In this document: positions 1 to 11,100 of the stretch, one piece after another
Position numbering within the stretch: the first letter of the stretch is position 1
How the letters are laid out: each line of letters starts with the position of its first letter
Assembly: GCA_013239625.1 (NCBI GenBank)
Contig: MU054323.1
Location: forward strand, 4,082,161-4,126,723
DNA from: Lama guanicoe
Taxonomy: Eukaryota
Direction of reading: 5' to 3'
DNA: 44,563 nt
The notes under the pieces: generated by a model
Database searches by the model: none
Told to the model about the DNA's origin: nothing
Seen by the model: only the letters and a program-made list of their open reading frames with translations
Position numbers and translations under genes: made by a program

Positions 1-1560
1 AGAGGCTCAGAGGAGAGCCCAGAAACAACTTGGCAGCAGACAGACAGAAGAGAAGCCAGCGAGGGGGCCTGCACAGTCCCAGCCGGAGCAGCAAGCTGCT
101 GATGCGTGACAGCGCTGGGAGCTGAAGCTCAGGCTTCAGAGGACAGACCTGGGGAGGGGACTGAGATTTGCTTTGAGGATATAGCTTGAGGTGGCTGGCT
201 GGAGTGAGGCAAGGGCTGAGGCTGGCAGTGGGTGCAAAGAAGCCCAGGTTTGCCATGAAAAGCCCCATTGGCATGTGTACTAAGGGAGGGTTAGGACCTT
301 GCCATAGTAGCCTCCTCCTCAGTGCTCATGGAGGGGTGGCCTTGCCATGAAAGCCCCATTAACCCACACTAGTGAAAGGAGAGAGAGGACTCTGTCATGG
401 AGTCTCCTCGGCTTGCTCTGGAAGGGTGCAGTCGCTGACAGGTTGCTTCTGAATAGAGGTGGGACCACACAGCTTCAGAAATGGGACTGAAATTTGAGTT
501 GTTCCAGGTGGCTTTGGTGGATATATGCCATCATTAACGTTTGTAAACTCCACACATGCAGGACATACAAGCAGGATATTTGTGTGCAGCTGGGGCAGGT
601 CCAGTGTTAACAGTGGGCGTGTGGAGGCAGGGCTGGGGTCTGGGCTGACCCTGTAGCCCAGGGTGGATCCAGGTTTGGTTTGTGACTGTGTGTGACTGCA
701 GCGGGTCCTGGCACCCGACTTCAACAGGTCTGCCCTGGTGCTTTGTGAGCACAGTGCCTGAGGAACACCAGAGTAGGCCACCTGCATTCCCATGGCTGAG
801 GGCAGCACTAGTGGCAGTGTACTTTGTGAGCATGCACAGCTGGTGACAGGTGACACCACAGAGGGCACATCCAGGTGGACACCTACAGAGGAATACTCAG
901 TTGCTTTTCACCTAGCAGAAGCACTCCAGTCCTGCCACCCTCACACAGAAACGGATCTGGGAGCTTCTACTCCAACAACTGGGAAGCAGACCCGGCCTCT
1001 GACAGGGCTGTGGCAACCACAGAGCAAACAAGAGGTCCCACTCAACACCCAGTGTAGGTTCTGGTCATGTCAACACTAATCACACCTCCTATCAAGGGGA
1101 TAACAGGCAGCACACAGAGGAAAGATGCGGCAGCCATCCATGATAAAAAAACAGCCTTGCAACGAAAATACTAGACACACGCTGGCTACACAAGGATGCT
1201 CCCACATAAAACAGTCTTTCAAGACTGCAATAGACAGTTGTTACTCCTAACTTTATAGTCAGAGAAATACAAGTAAAATGGAGAAGCAGAGGAACCACTT
1301 GAAATTAAGAGAATGAGAGAAATCCCCTCGAAGAAAAAACAATGAAATAAATCTCTACAGTATACCAGAATCTGAGTTCAAAACGGAGATGATAAAAATA
1401 TAAAAAACACGAGGAATTAAGAGAGTTTATTGATAGAAATACAAATTATTGTAAAAGGAACTAGAAACTATAAAGAGGAGCCAATTAAAATCAGAAAACT
1501 CATTTGCCCAGATGAAAACCTAGCTAAAAGCAATAAATAGACTAAATATGCAGACAGATG
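1..1560 (+). mobile_element. LINE-1 5'UTR plus decayed ORF1 N-terminus (3'-truncated; 5' start probably outside the window)
   Basis: GC-rich 5'UTR-like sequence leads to ATG at 1278, reading MEKQRNHLKLRE*EKSPRRKNNEINLYSIPESEFKTEMIKI. This resembles the mammalian L1 ORF1p start (M.KQRNHSQLKEQEKSP..NNE.DL..L.D.EFK.E.IK.L) but has a stop and frameshifts. Confidence 0.85.
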
Positions 1561-1574
1561 ATTATATTTTTTAA

Positions 1575-1888
1575 GGAATTTTGTTAATGAGAAATATTGG
1601 TCTGTAGGTTTTCTTGTGATGTCTAGTCCATATTTGTCATTTGGGTAACCTAATGGGAAATGTCTCCTCTATTGTGCAAAAAATTTTATGTAGGGTTGGT
1701 AGTATTTCTTGCTTTAAAATTTGACAGAATTCACCAGTTAAGCTGGATGGGCATGGACTTTTCCTTTGTGAGAAAATTGCTATTTACTACTACTACATTT
1801 TTTTTTTTGCTTGTTTGTGATAGAGGTTTTCTGAAGTCAGTTTTGGTTATTTATGTCATTCTAGGAATATGTTTATTTCTATGTATTT
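1575..1888 (-). mobile_element. Old LINE-1 ORF2 fragment (L1M-type)
   Basis: Antisense ORF2 hallmarks: 'gagaaatattggtctgtaggttttc' and 'aaaatttgacagaattcaccagttaagc'. Confidence 0.7.
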
Positions 1889-1889
1889 G

Positions 1890-3052
1890 GTAGGTCTGTT
1901 ATGTTTCCGAGTCTTGGAGAAGTAGTCTTATGTAGCAGATATCCTGTGGGGCCCAGCAGCATGCTCTGCTCCGGTCACCAGAGCTATATGTTCTAAGGGT
2001 GCTCCCTGTGTGTCCTGCATGGGCCCTTCTATTTTGGCAGGGCCAACTACTGTGGGTGTTGTGGTAGTGGTATCGGCCCCTCTTGTTTGACTGCAAGGCT
2101 ATGCATCATGTGGCTGTGAACCTGCTAGAGGATGGAGTAGGCTTCCTACATAGTTGGCTCTGTGGCCTGAAAGAGCTTAGGGTTGGAGCTGGTCCACAAG
2201 ATAATAGGGTCACATTTCTACACTGTATATGTGGTCTGGGACAGTTTGGGGCTGGTGCACACCTGCTGGAGGTCAGGGCTTGGTCCTTGCAGAGCTTTCT
2301 GTATTGCCTGGGGGGTTTGGGGCTGATGCGTGCTTGCTGGTAGCTGGGGCTGGATCCTGGAGTGTTCTGTCTGTGGCGGGGTGTGGGAGCTCAGGTTTTG
2401 TGCAGCCTGCTGGTGAGCAGGTAAGCGCCCAGCACTAATAGGCTAGAAGGAAGAACCAAAATGGTGCTTGCCCACACCAGAGTCCTTGTGGTACAGGAGG
2501 TTCTCCAAACCTGCTGTGTCCCCAAGAGAAGTCCCTGTTGACTCCTGTCTCTAGAGGCTCTTCAAGATAGACAAATGAGTCCTTTCAGATCACTGCCCCT
2601 GTGCTGGGACTCAGTGTGTAAGAATTGGCATGTGCCTTTTAAGCATCAAGTCTCTGTTTCCTATGGCTCTCTGGCTCTCCTGAACAAAAACCCTGCTGGT
2701 CATCAAAGTCATTCTGGGGTCTCATTTTCCCTGTGCAAGACCCTTGTGCCAGGGAGCCCAGTGTGGGCTCAGACACCTCACTCCTTGGGTAAGACCTCTA
2801 CAATTGTAATACTCCTCTTGTTTTGGGTGGTTAACCTGGGGCTGTGGATCCTGACTATACCGTGTTTCCCCTCCTCCTACCTGTATCATTATGTTTCTAT
2901 TTAAACGTCTTTTATCGTTGAAAATATTTTCTGCTAGTTTTCAGGTTGCTGTCATAGATAGTTGCTCCTGTAAGTAGGTATAATTTTGGTATGTCTATCG
3001 GAGGAGGTTAATTCAATGTCTTCCTACCCTGACATCTTGGCTGCCTCTCCTC
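1890..3052 (-). mobile_element. LINE-1 5' end/5'UTR (L1M2/L1M3-like)
   Basis: The minus strand begins 'gaggagaggcagccaagatgtcagggtaggaagac', a degenerate version of the L1 5'-terminal CAAGATGGC YY1 motif. It is followed by ~1.1 kb of GC-richer L1M 5'UTR-like sequence. Confidence 0.75.
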
Positions 3053-3294
3053 AACAAATTCCCATCATTCTTAATGATTATAATGAGTCCGTAATAAAGG
3101 CAGCATATTTCACTTTCATTCCTGGCATGCTGATAATAGTCACTACAGAACCTTTACCCCAGTGTATTTCTTAAATCAGTTGTGAAGAGAATGTTCTTTG
3201 AATGCTCCTTGGGGCCTAGGGAATCAGTGAACAGATCATGTAATAAATACAGTCACATTATTATATCCCTGTAACTTTCACTTTCTTCTATATT

Positions 3295-3478
3295 GAGGGT
3301 TTCCAAACTTCTACATGTATTGTATCTCCTGGAGGATTTGTTAAAACAGATTTCTGGGTCCCACTGCCAGAGTTTCTGATTTAGTAGCTCTGGAGGAGGC
3401 CTGAGAATTTTACTTCTAAACAATCTCTGAGTAATGCTGGTGCTGCTTATCTGGGGACCACCCTTTGAGAACCGTTGT
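3295..3478. mobile_element. MER5A-like hAT-Charlie DNA transposon fossil
   Basis: Contains 'tctcctggaggatttgttaaaacagatttctgggtccc...cagagtttctgatttagtag...ggcctgagaatttt...gctgctt...ggggaccaccctttgagaacc', matching the recalled MER5A consensus; ~185 bp. Confidence 0.85.
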
Positions 3479-3481
3479 CCT

Positions 3482-3850
3482 GTGTTATACAAATAAAGTT
3501 CTGGACATCTCAGTTTTAATGTAGGATACCACTGAGTCCACATTTTACTCAACCAGTTGAGCAACCTGTTAGAGCTACTCTAAGCTACTTGACCTAACAC
3601 ATTGCAGTAATTACACAGGGTCAGGTAATTGAAAGTATTCACAAGACTCTTACATACTCATGAACTAAGGTTAAAGATACAGTATGGCAGGAGAAAAAGA
3701 GTAAAGGCAAACATATGAAAAGCTTTTCTCTCAGTCACCTGGGACATGCTTCATACTTTGATTGTGAGCCATCAGAATACATGTGAGATCCTTTTATCTT
3801 AGGGGAGCCACGTACTCATCTGAGAGGATCTTTCATATCTTTGTGGTTAT
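3482..3850. mobile_element. Possible old LTR fragment (MER21-group-like)
   Basis: Only weak similarity ('gtattcacaagactcttacatactcatgaactaagg...gatacag') to recalled MER21-type LTRs. Confidence 0.3.
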
Positions 3851-4314
3851 TTTTTATAGACATATATTTTATTTCATTGCTGCAAAGTTATTTTTTCTTA
3901 AGTTTTGTTTTACTCTTTGCACTGATGGTTTTGTTCTCTAAGATTTTCCTCACTTTTTTGTCCACTTACGTTGATTAGTGAAGGGACTAAAGCAATGACT
4001 GGAACTTCTCCGTTCATGGGCTGAGGGATGTCTCAGGAGCAAAGCATTTCGTTATATTGGTTTCTCTCTGATCTGTTTTCCCTGCTAATAATCCTCTCAT
4101 CTACTGCTTGGTAAATATAAGCCAGACTGTCAGTCTGGGAGCTAAATTAGGAAACAGGTCAAAACTCTTACTATTCAGTTCTAAGTAGAATTCTAGTTTA
4201 TGTATAGAATTTCACTTTGTCTCCAAAATTTGAGCACAGTATGTTACCCATGCCTTCTGTTGTCCCTGGCATTACCAAATTAGGAACCTCTCTTATTTCT
4301 GGTATAGTTTCTCT

Positions 4315-4808
4315 AGAGTGTGGATCACAAACTTTTGTTCTCAAGTTCCCTTTATAATCTTAGAAATTATTGAGGATCCCAAAAAGCTTTTGTTTAAGTG
4401 GATTATATCTATCAAAATACACTATGTTAAAATACAGAAGATTTAAAAACAGTAAATTCATTATGAAATAAAAATCTAATTATAATTTAATTTTATATTG
4501 TAATTTTAAGATTAGCATAATCCTATGAAAATAATTCTAAAACAAAAAAATTTAAGGAGAATAACGGCATTATTTTAAATTTCTATAAGTTTCTTTAATG
4601 TCTGTCTGAGTAGGAGATAGTTGGATTCTCATATTTGCTTCTGCATTCAACCTGATTCTGTATCATGTCGTGTAGTTTTGGGAAGCTCCATTCTATACTC
4701 ATGAGAGAAAGAGAATGGAAAAGGCAAACCACATCTTTGTTATTATGAAAACAGTTCTTACCTTACTGACTGGTAAAGTAGTACCCACACCACAGTTTGA
4801 GAACTGCT
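4315..4808. mobile_element. MER119-like hAT-Charlie element
   Basis: Starts 'caaacttttgttctcaagttccctttataatcttagaaattattgaggatcccaaaaagcttttgttt' and ends 'accacagtttgagaactgct', a Charlie-type terminus. Confidence 0.75.
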
Positions 4809-5422
4809 CTTTAGAGTATAAATGTATCTTCTGCTGAGTAGTGGAGAGGAATTACCGAGGCATTTGGGGTTGGGCAGGGTGTCATTAGTTTAATTTCTTC
4901 TATATAGAATCTCAGTAAATCCTGTTTCATTTTGTTTTGTTTTTTGAGCCTCATCCACTCACTTCTTTCATAAAAATAAAACTTCACTGTAAGGAATGTC
5001 CTTGATGTTATTTCAGATAGTAGATGATTGACTCTCATCCTGTACCAGGATTCTGTTTTCAGAGCAGTTTGGCTAGTTATTACCTTCCTAGGAGAGGAAA
5101 GAGAGGGAAATTTGAGTGGGGATGGCAGGCAAACGTGCAAGGAATAGGATAGAGTGTGTCTTCTCTCCACAGTCATTTCGCAGCAAAATCTGCCCAGATC
5201 AGACCTATTAGAATAGGTATCAACTAATTTTCTGTTTCCATTGCTGATACATTTTTGTCCTTTTGGATTTATCTTTTTATTTTTATTTTTCCCTGTTATT
5301 TTAGTGGGATTTTGAGAAGCAGCAAAGATATGTGTGGCAGCCATTAATTCTTACTCCTATCATTATGCATGATTGACATTATTACTTTGGTCTTCTTCAC
5401 CATTTATTTCTTGATAAATTGC

Positions 5423-7102
5423 TGTAGATGATTTTATTTTCCAAAAATGGCCACAATGTTATCTCCTGTCCCATTCTCTTCTTCAAAGAATGAGAGGAGT
5501 GATGCTGTGTGATATCTGAGGCTTGGCCATACAGGGCTGTGCACCTCTAGCTTGTTCACTGGAATACTTGTACTTAGTGCTGAGCTGTCATGTAAGAAGT
5601 CCAGTTACCTGAGGTTGCCTTGCTGTGAGGAAACCCAAGCCACACGGAGAAGAAATGTTTAGGTACTTTTTTGATAGTTCAGCCTGTGACCATTTGAATA
5701 TCCCTATATAAAGCCCAGACGTTTGAAGCACAGAGAGGCTAGCTCTGCTCTGTACTGTCTAAATTTCTATCTCTCAGAATCTGTGAACATCATAATAATA
5801 CCATTATTTTTTATCTCTAGGCTTTGGAATAAGCTGAAATAATAACTGGAACAGGTTTTAGTACTGGAAGGGAGAGGCTGCCATATCTTTTGGACTGAGC
5901 AGTGGGCAGAACCTGGAAGGCCTAGGTGGCTATCAGTGGGCACTTTGAGGAAGCTGAGGAAAATGTTGGAAGCTGGAGGAAGGGAGACTGAAGATCTTTG
6001 GAAACTTACCAAAATTGCCATAATATGGAAAACTGAAAATATACCTAATGAACTTGAGGAATCTAGTTAGGCTAAAGTGATTTCCAAACAATTACTGTAT
6101 GCCTCCTGGTTCTCCTTCTGTTGATGAGCGTGCCTACAGAAGTTATTCTATGCTCATCCCACAGTTTTATGTTAAAATGTGTGGGGTAACATGCCGCTTT
6201 GTTTCATAGGTCTTCAGATCAAGAGGATCTGTACTTGAGGAACCACTTCTTGGGAGCGTAATCTGTACTTGGACTTGACTTAGATAATGAGGTCCAAAAG
6301 TCCTGATGACATAATGGATCGAAACTTTGAAGGGTGTAATGTATTCTGCAAATGAGAATGATGTGAATTGTAGCCAGAGTGAAGGCTATGTTACATTGTT
6401 TATCCAAAGATTGTCACAGTATTTCCCATCTCACATGCTTTTATCCAGTGTGACCTTGCCATTCTTCACCATTTGGATCTTGGCAGGCTTGTGAATGCTT
6501 TGATAAAAGCATAGGGTATTGTAGAACATACCAAAAAAATTTCTTGCTAACTTGATCATTAAATATTAAGTATATGTAAATTTTAAAACACACTGGAAAA
6601 TTAAAACTCTTAACCTTGCAAAATCTTTGTATCTATCATCTTGAAATATGAAATGACTTAACAAAATCTAATGATTGTATCTTTTCAAATAAACAACGTT
6701 AAAAATGTAATTTTAATGTCGGATAAACACAGATTAAAAAGAAAAAAAGAAAGCATAGGGTAAAAGTGATGCCATGTGATCTTTCAAGGCTGGGTTATAA
6801 ACAGTGATGCAGCTTTCACCTTATTTCCTGAAACATTTGTACCTGGTGCCCTGGACCGTCATGCAAGAAATCCAGCCACAGCATCCAGGTTGGGAGGAAA
6901 CCCAAGTCGTATGGGCAAGCCATATATAATGATTCCTGTCAACAGTTCAAGACCCCAGCCATTTGAATTGTCCCTGCTGAGGCCATCAGCATTGGACAGA
7001 GACAAGCCAACTCCATTACATCCAAATTTGTAAGCTGCAGGATGCACGAACTTGATAAAATATTTGTTTGATATATTAAGTTCTGAGGTAATAACTAGAA
7101 CA
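5423..7102 (+). mobile_element. MaLR MLT1 (G/H-like) element: 5' LTR 5423-5852, short internal region 5853-6388, 3' LTR 6389-7102
   Basis: Two homologous LTRs start 'tgtagatgattttattttccaaaaatggccaca' and 'tgttacattgtttatccaaagattgtcaca' and end 'aataactggaaca' and 'aataactagaaca'. The internal part begins 'ggttttagtactggaag'. The flanks attgc/actgg could be a decayed 5-bp TSD. Confidence 0.8.
6519..6749 (+). other. A-tailed retroposed insert of unidentified origin inside the MLT1 3' LTR
   Basis: Perfect 13-bp direct repeat AAAGCATAGGGTA at 6506-6518 and 6750-6762, with an A-rich tail at 6736-6749. The LTR reads continuously once the insert and one repeat copy are removed. Confidence 0.8.
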
Positions 7103-7844
7103 ACTGGACAACTTAAATACATTATAAGAATCATTAGACCTTTGGGTGTATAGATGTAGTAAAGCTGCTTAGTAATGTGTAAGGTATGAGTTTCAGTGAA
7201 AATGTTTATGACACACATTTTAGCTGCCTAATGGCTTATTTATTCATTTATTTGGTTTTGGGATTCTAAGTCATATGACTTTATCTGAGTTCTAGATAGT
7301 TGATGTGCCACTTGTACACTAGTTTGTACCAGTTTATTTGTAAACATTCTATTTAATTTACATTTTGTTCGCCTACTTGATTAAAGGTTCAATAAATAAA
7401 ATTCTTTCAGTTTGCCTTCATATTTTATACATAATAGATATGAGATAAATGCATATTGATTAAATATTAAATGTCATCTTTTCAGAGGGCATAATTCATG
7501 AGTTTTAAAAAATGTGAAAATGTTACAGGTGACTTAGGAAATAGGGGAATTATATATATCAATATTAATCCCTTTATTAATAAGGGTTTCAACCTGTATT
7601 TTAAGGAACTTCATTCCTGGTAATCTATACACCTAATATTTTTTTATGAGGTAAAACTTGTAGGTTAAAAGAGCAAGTTTTTCTAGCAGTTACAAAAAAA
7701 AAAGTTTCTAATTTTTTGGAGGGTTTTACTGACATCTAGTGGGATTCAGTCTTATATGGTTTAAATTCCTTTTAGCTTTATTTCTGCTCATCTTTCCATG
7801 ATTATCTTCTCCTAATTTTTAAGCTTTTTTTTTTCCTTTTTAAG

Positions 7845-7870
7845 GAAAAAGATATTTCAGGTACCTAAAA
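7845..7870 (+). other. Candidate microexon (16 nt to 7860 or 26 nt to 7870)
   Basis: Branch-point-like CCTAAT at 7811-7816, polypyrimidine tract at 7824-7841 and AG at 7843-7844. Possible donors are CAG|GTACCT (7861) and AAA|GTGAGG (7871). It lies in non-repeat sequence. Confidence 0.35.
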
Positions 7871-8149
7871 GTGAGGGTAGCATTTTTTGAGGATGTGCGA
7901 TATTATGCATGTACCTTATATAATAATGTAACATAAATGAATAAATATGATTTTGTCATTAACTTTAAAGTATAGTTATTTCCTGCACTTTTTCTTTTCC
8001 TTCATTTGCTTGGATTCCCCTCCTTTTCTCCTTTTTCTATTTTAATTTGACAATTCATGTAAGTTCTGCTTATGTAATTCCTCCATCCCTGCCTTAAGGT
8101 CGTTACAGCGTAAATTTTCTCCATGTGCATATAATTCAGTGCATGAGTG

Positions 8150-11100
8150 AATTTAATGATGTTAGCATGTACATACAATGTACACATTTTTGTTCTGTTT
8201 TTGGAAAATCATATAATTTCCTGCATTTTGCTTTTCTCACTAGCATTTCTCTTAGAAATCTAAGATAAGTAATGTAGTTCTTTTACTTTTTAAAATGTAT
8301 TCATAATTTTAAAATATATGGATATATTTTTATTCTGTTTTTAGCAACTTCTTTATTGATAAACATTTATCTCTAGTTTTTGCCACCTTAAATATAGCTG
8401 CAATACGCATCTGTGAGTGTATATCCTTACATAGGGGTAACTTTTTAGCAGTGAGATCCCTAAGTTAAAAAGGAATTTTTAATTTTAACAGATGTTACCA
8501 TATTGCTTTCAAAAACAGCTGTAATATCAATGAATGATTTTTGAGAATACCTTTTCCCTGTGTCACCATTTGTAGATTTTATAACATTTTAAACATTTTT
8601 GCCTGTGTGAGAGGTATAAAGTGATTTATTATTTTAATTTGAATTTCCTTATTACTAGAGAATCTTAACTTTTTATGTGTTTGAGTCTAAATTTATTCTA
8701 TGAATTTTCTAATTTTAACTTTTGTAGTTTTTATATTGTAAGATGTTAATACCTTACTTATCATCCAATTCACAAATATTTTGTGTGGAAAAAGATATAA
8801 CAGAGTTTTAACTCCTTATACAATTAAACATATTTGTCTTTTGTTTTTGAAACTGAGTTTCCCAGATGTAAAGTCTCCCTAACACGTGGATTGTATTCTT
8901 CCAGTTTCCTTCCCCCCTTTTTATTTTGCAAAAGTTTTATTGTCTAAGTGTTACATGTAAACCTTATTCTGTGTGGAATTTAATTATTTCAATAAACTTT
9001 TAAAAATTGAAAGCATATTCACAGTCAGTATTAATTATCACAAAGTGAACAGACCCATTTAATCACCAACCAGCCATTCAGAACAATTCCTGTCCCTTAA
9101 TTACTAAGCCTGCATTATCATATTGCTGTCCTGATACCTATGATAATCATCTTCCTGCTGCTTTTTGTATTTCTACCTCCTAACCTGGGTCCCTAAACAT
9201 TATAGTGCAATTAGTTGGTCATTGACCTTAATACAAATACATTCATATAATAAATTTTTTATATCCAATATCTTTTGCTTAACATTTTGTGAGTTTTATA
9301 TGAGTTATGATGTACAGCAGTTCATTCATTCTTGCTGTATGGTATTTCACTGTGTGAATATGGGATTCCTTATCTATTCTGCTGATGGATATTTGAATTG
9401 TTTTAGTTTATGGCTATATGGAATAATGCTGCTATGAACATTTTTTTTTTCTGCCGGGGATTAGTTACTAGGTTTATCTTTTCTACTTAGTAGCTTGCTT
9501 TTTTACTCTTTCTGTGGTAGTTTTTTTTTTTTTTTCGATTAACAGAAACTCTAATTAGTTGTTTATACATTTATTTTCCTTTTTGTTTAGTACATTTTAT
9601 ATCCTATTGAAGAAATCTTTACATACCCCAAGTTCATGAAAAATGTTTTCTAGAATAATTTATTTGCTTTGAAGTTCAATCTATAATTCAGTTAAAATTA
9701 ATTTTTATATAAGGTATGAGAAATGAGTCAGTATTCTTTTTTTTTTTTAACATATAGATACCCAGTTAGCCCAGTAGCATTTATAGAAAAGGCCCATACT
9801 TGCCCCACTGCACTGACATATCCTGTTGGCCATAAAAGTATGTATATATGCTTGGGTATTCTGGACTTTCTGTTTCTTTCATTGACAGTACCATACAACG
9901 AGTCAGTATCATACTCTTAATTACAAATAGCTTTACGCTGTCTCTATCTGCCAGTAAAAATCTACTAGCCTTTTTGCTGTTTTTTAAGATTGTCTTAGCT
10001 CTTTTATGCTTTTGCATGAACATTTTGAAGTTAGCTTTTTAATATTCTACAAAAATTTGCTTTTGTAACTTTCACTGGGATTTCATTGAATCTGTAGATC
10101 ATTTATAGATTTATAGATTTAAAATTTGAGTCTTCCTGTTCATGAATATAGTGTGTTCTTAACATTTACTGAGGCTCTTTGGAATTCTTTTAAAATACTT
10201 CATTATTTTCAATATAGAAATCTTTAATTATAGTCCTAGGTATTTGATACAATTTAAAAATTATTGATACAATTTTAAAATACTATTTTTAGTTCATTTT
10301 GCTTTTGTATATTGATCTTGTATCTAGTGATCTTGCCAAGTTCATTTATTAATTTCTATTAATTGCTTCTGAAAAATGAGTTTATTTTCTTTTTTACTGT
10401 TACATCTTAATTTTTTTGCTCTAATGTACTTGATTTCTGTATAATGTGTAATAGAAGTAGTGATTGTGAGCAACCTGTGTCATTCCCAATCTTGGAAAAA
10501 ACTTTAATAATTCACGATTAAGTATAATGAATGCAAAAGTGGCCTTTATATAGTCTTCAATAGATCAAGGAAGTTTCTTTTTATTTCTAGTTTGCAACAC
10601 TTTTTAGTATGAATGGGTATGGAATTCCATCAGATTGCTTCTATTGATATGATCATGTAATTTTTTTTCCTACTTTTGTGATTTATTTCATTGTTTCACT
10701 TTAAAATAGTAAATCAACCTTACATTCCTGGGATAAGTTCTACTCATTAATAATGATGGGCTATCATTTTTGTATTCTGCATTTAATTTTCTAAGTTTTG
10801 GATTTTTGTCTCTATAATCATTAGAGAGATTTGCCTAAACCTTTTCTCTCTTCTAATAACTTTAGAAGTTTTGATGAAAAGGGTAAATTATTCTCCTAAA
10901 CTGAATTAGATAGTATATTTTATTTCTATCCTCTGAAAGATTTTATTAAAATTTTGTTACACTTTTTTACATATTTGAAAGCATTCATCTGTGAAGCCAT
11001 TTGGCCTGAAGATTTCTTTGTAGGAAAATTTTAAAAATGGAGACTCTGTTCTAAAAAACATGATCATCTAGATTTTCTGTTTTCTTGTGTAAGATTTGAT

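Noticed and set aside
250..360. Direct repeat TTGCCATGAAA(A)GCCCCATT at 250-269 and 342-360
   Set aside because: Only two copies, inside an L1 5'UTR where short duplications are common; not a CRISPR-like array.
395..868. 157-aa antisense ORF in the L1 5'UTR (ORF0-like idea)
   Set aside because: It starts at GTG in GC-rich UTR sequence where long stop-free frames are expected, shows no recognisable similarity, and the element's own ORF1 is already decayed.
4811..5344. Longest ORF in the window (177 aa, minus strand)
   Set aside because: No recognisable domain, composition reflects low-complexity T-rich DNA on the + strand, and it is antisense to the inferred host gene.
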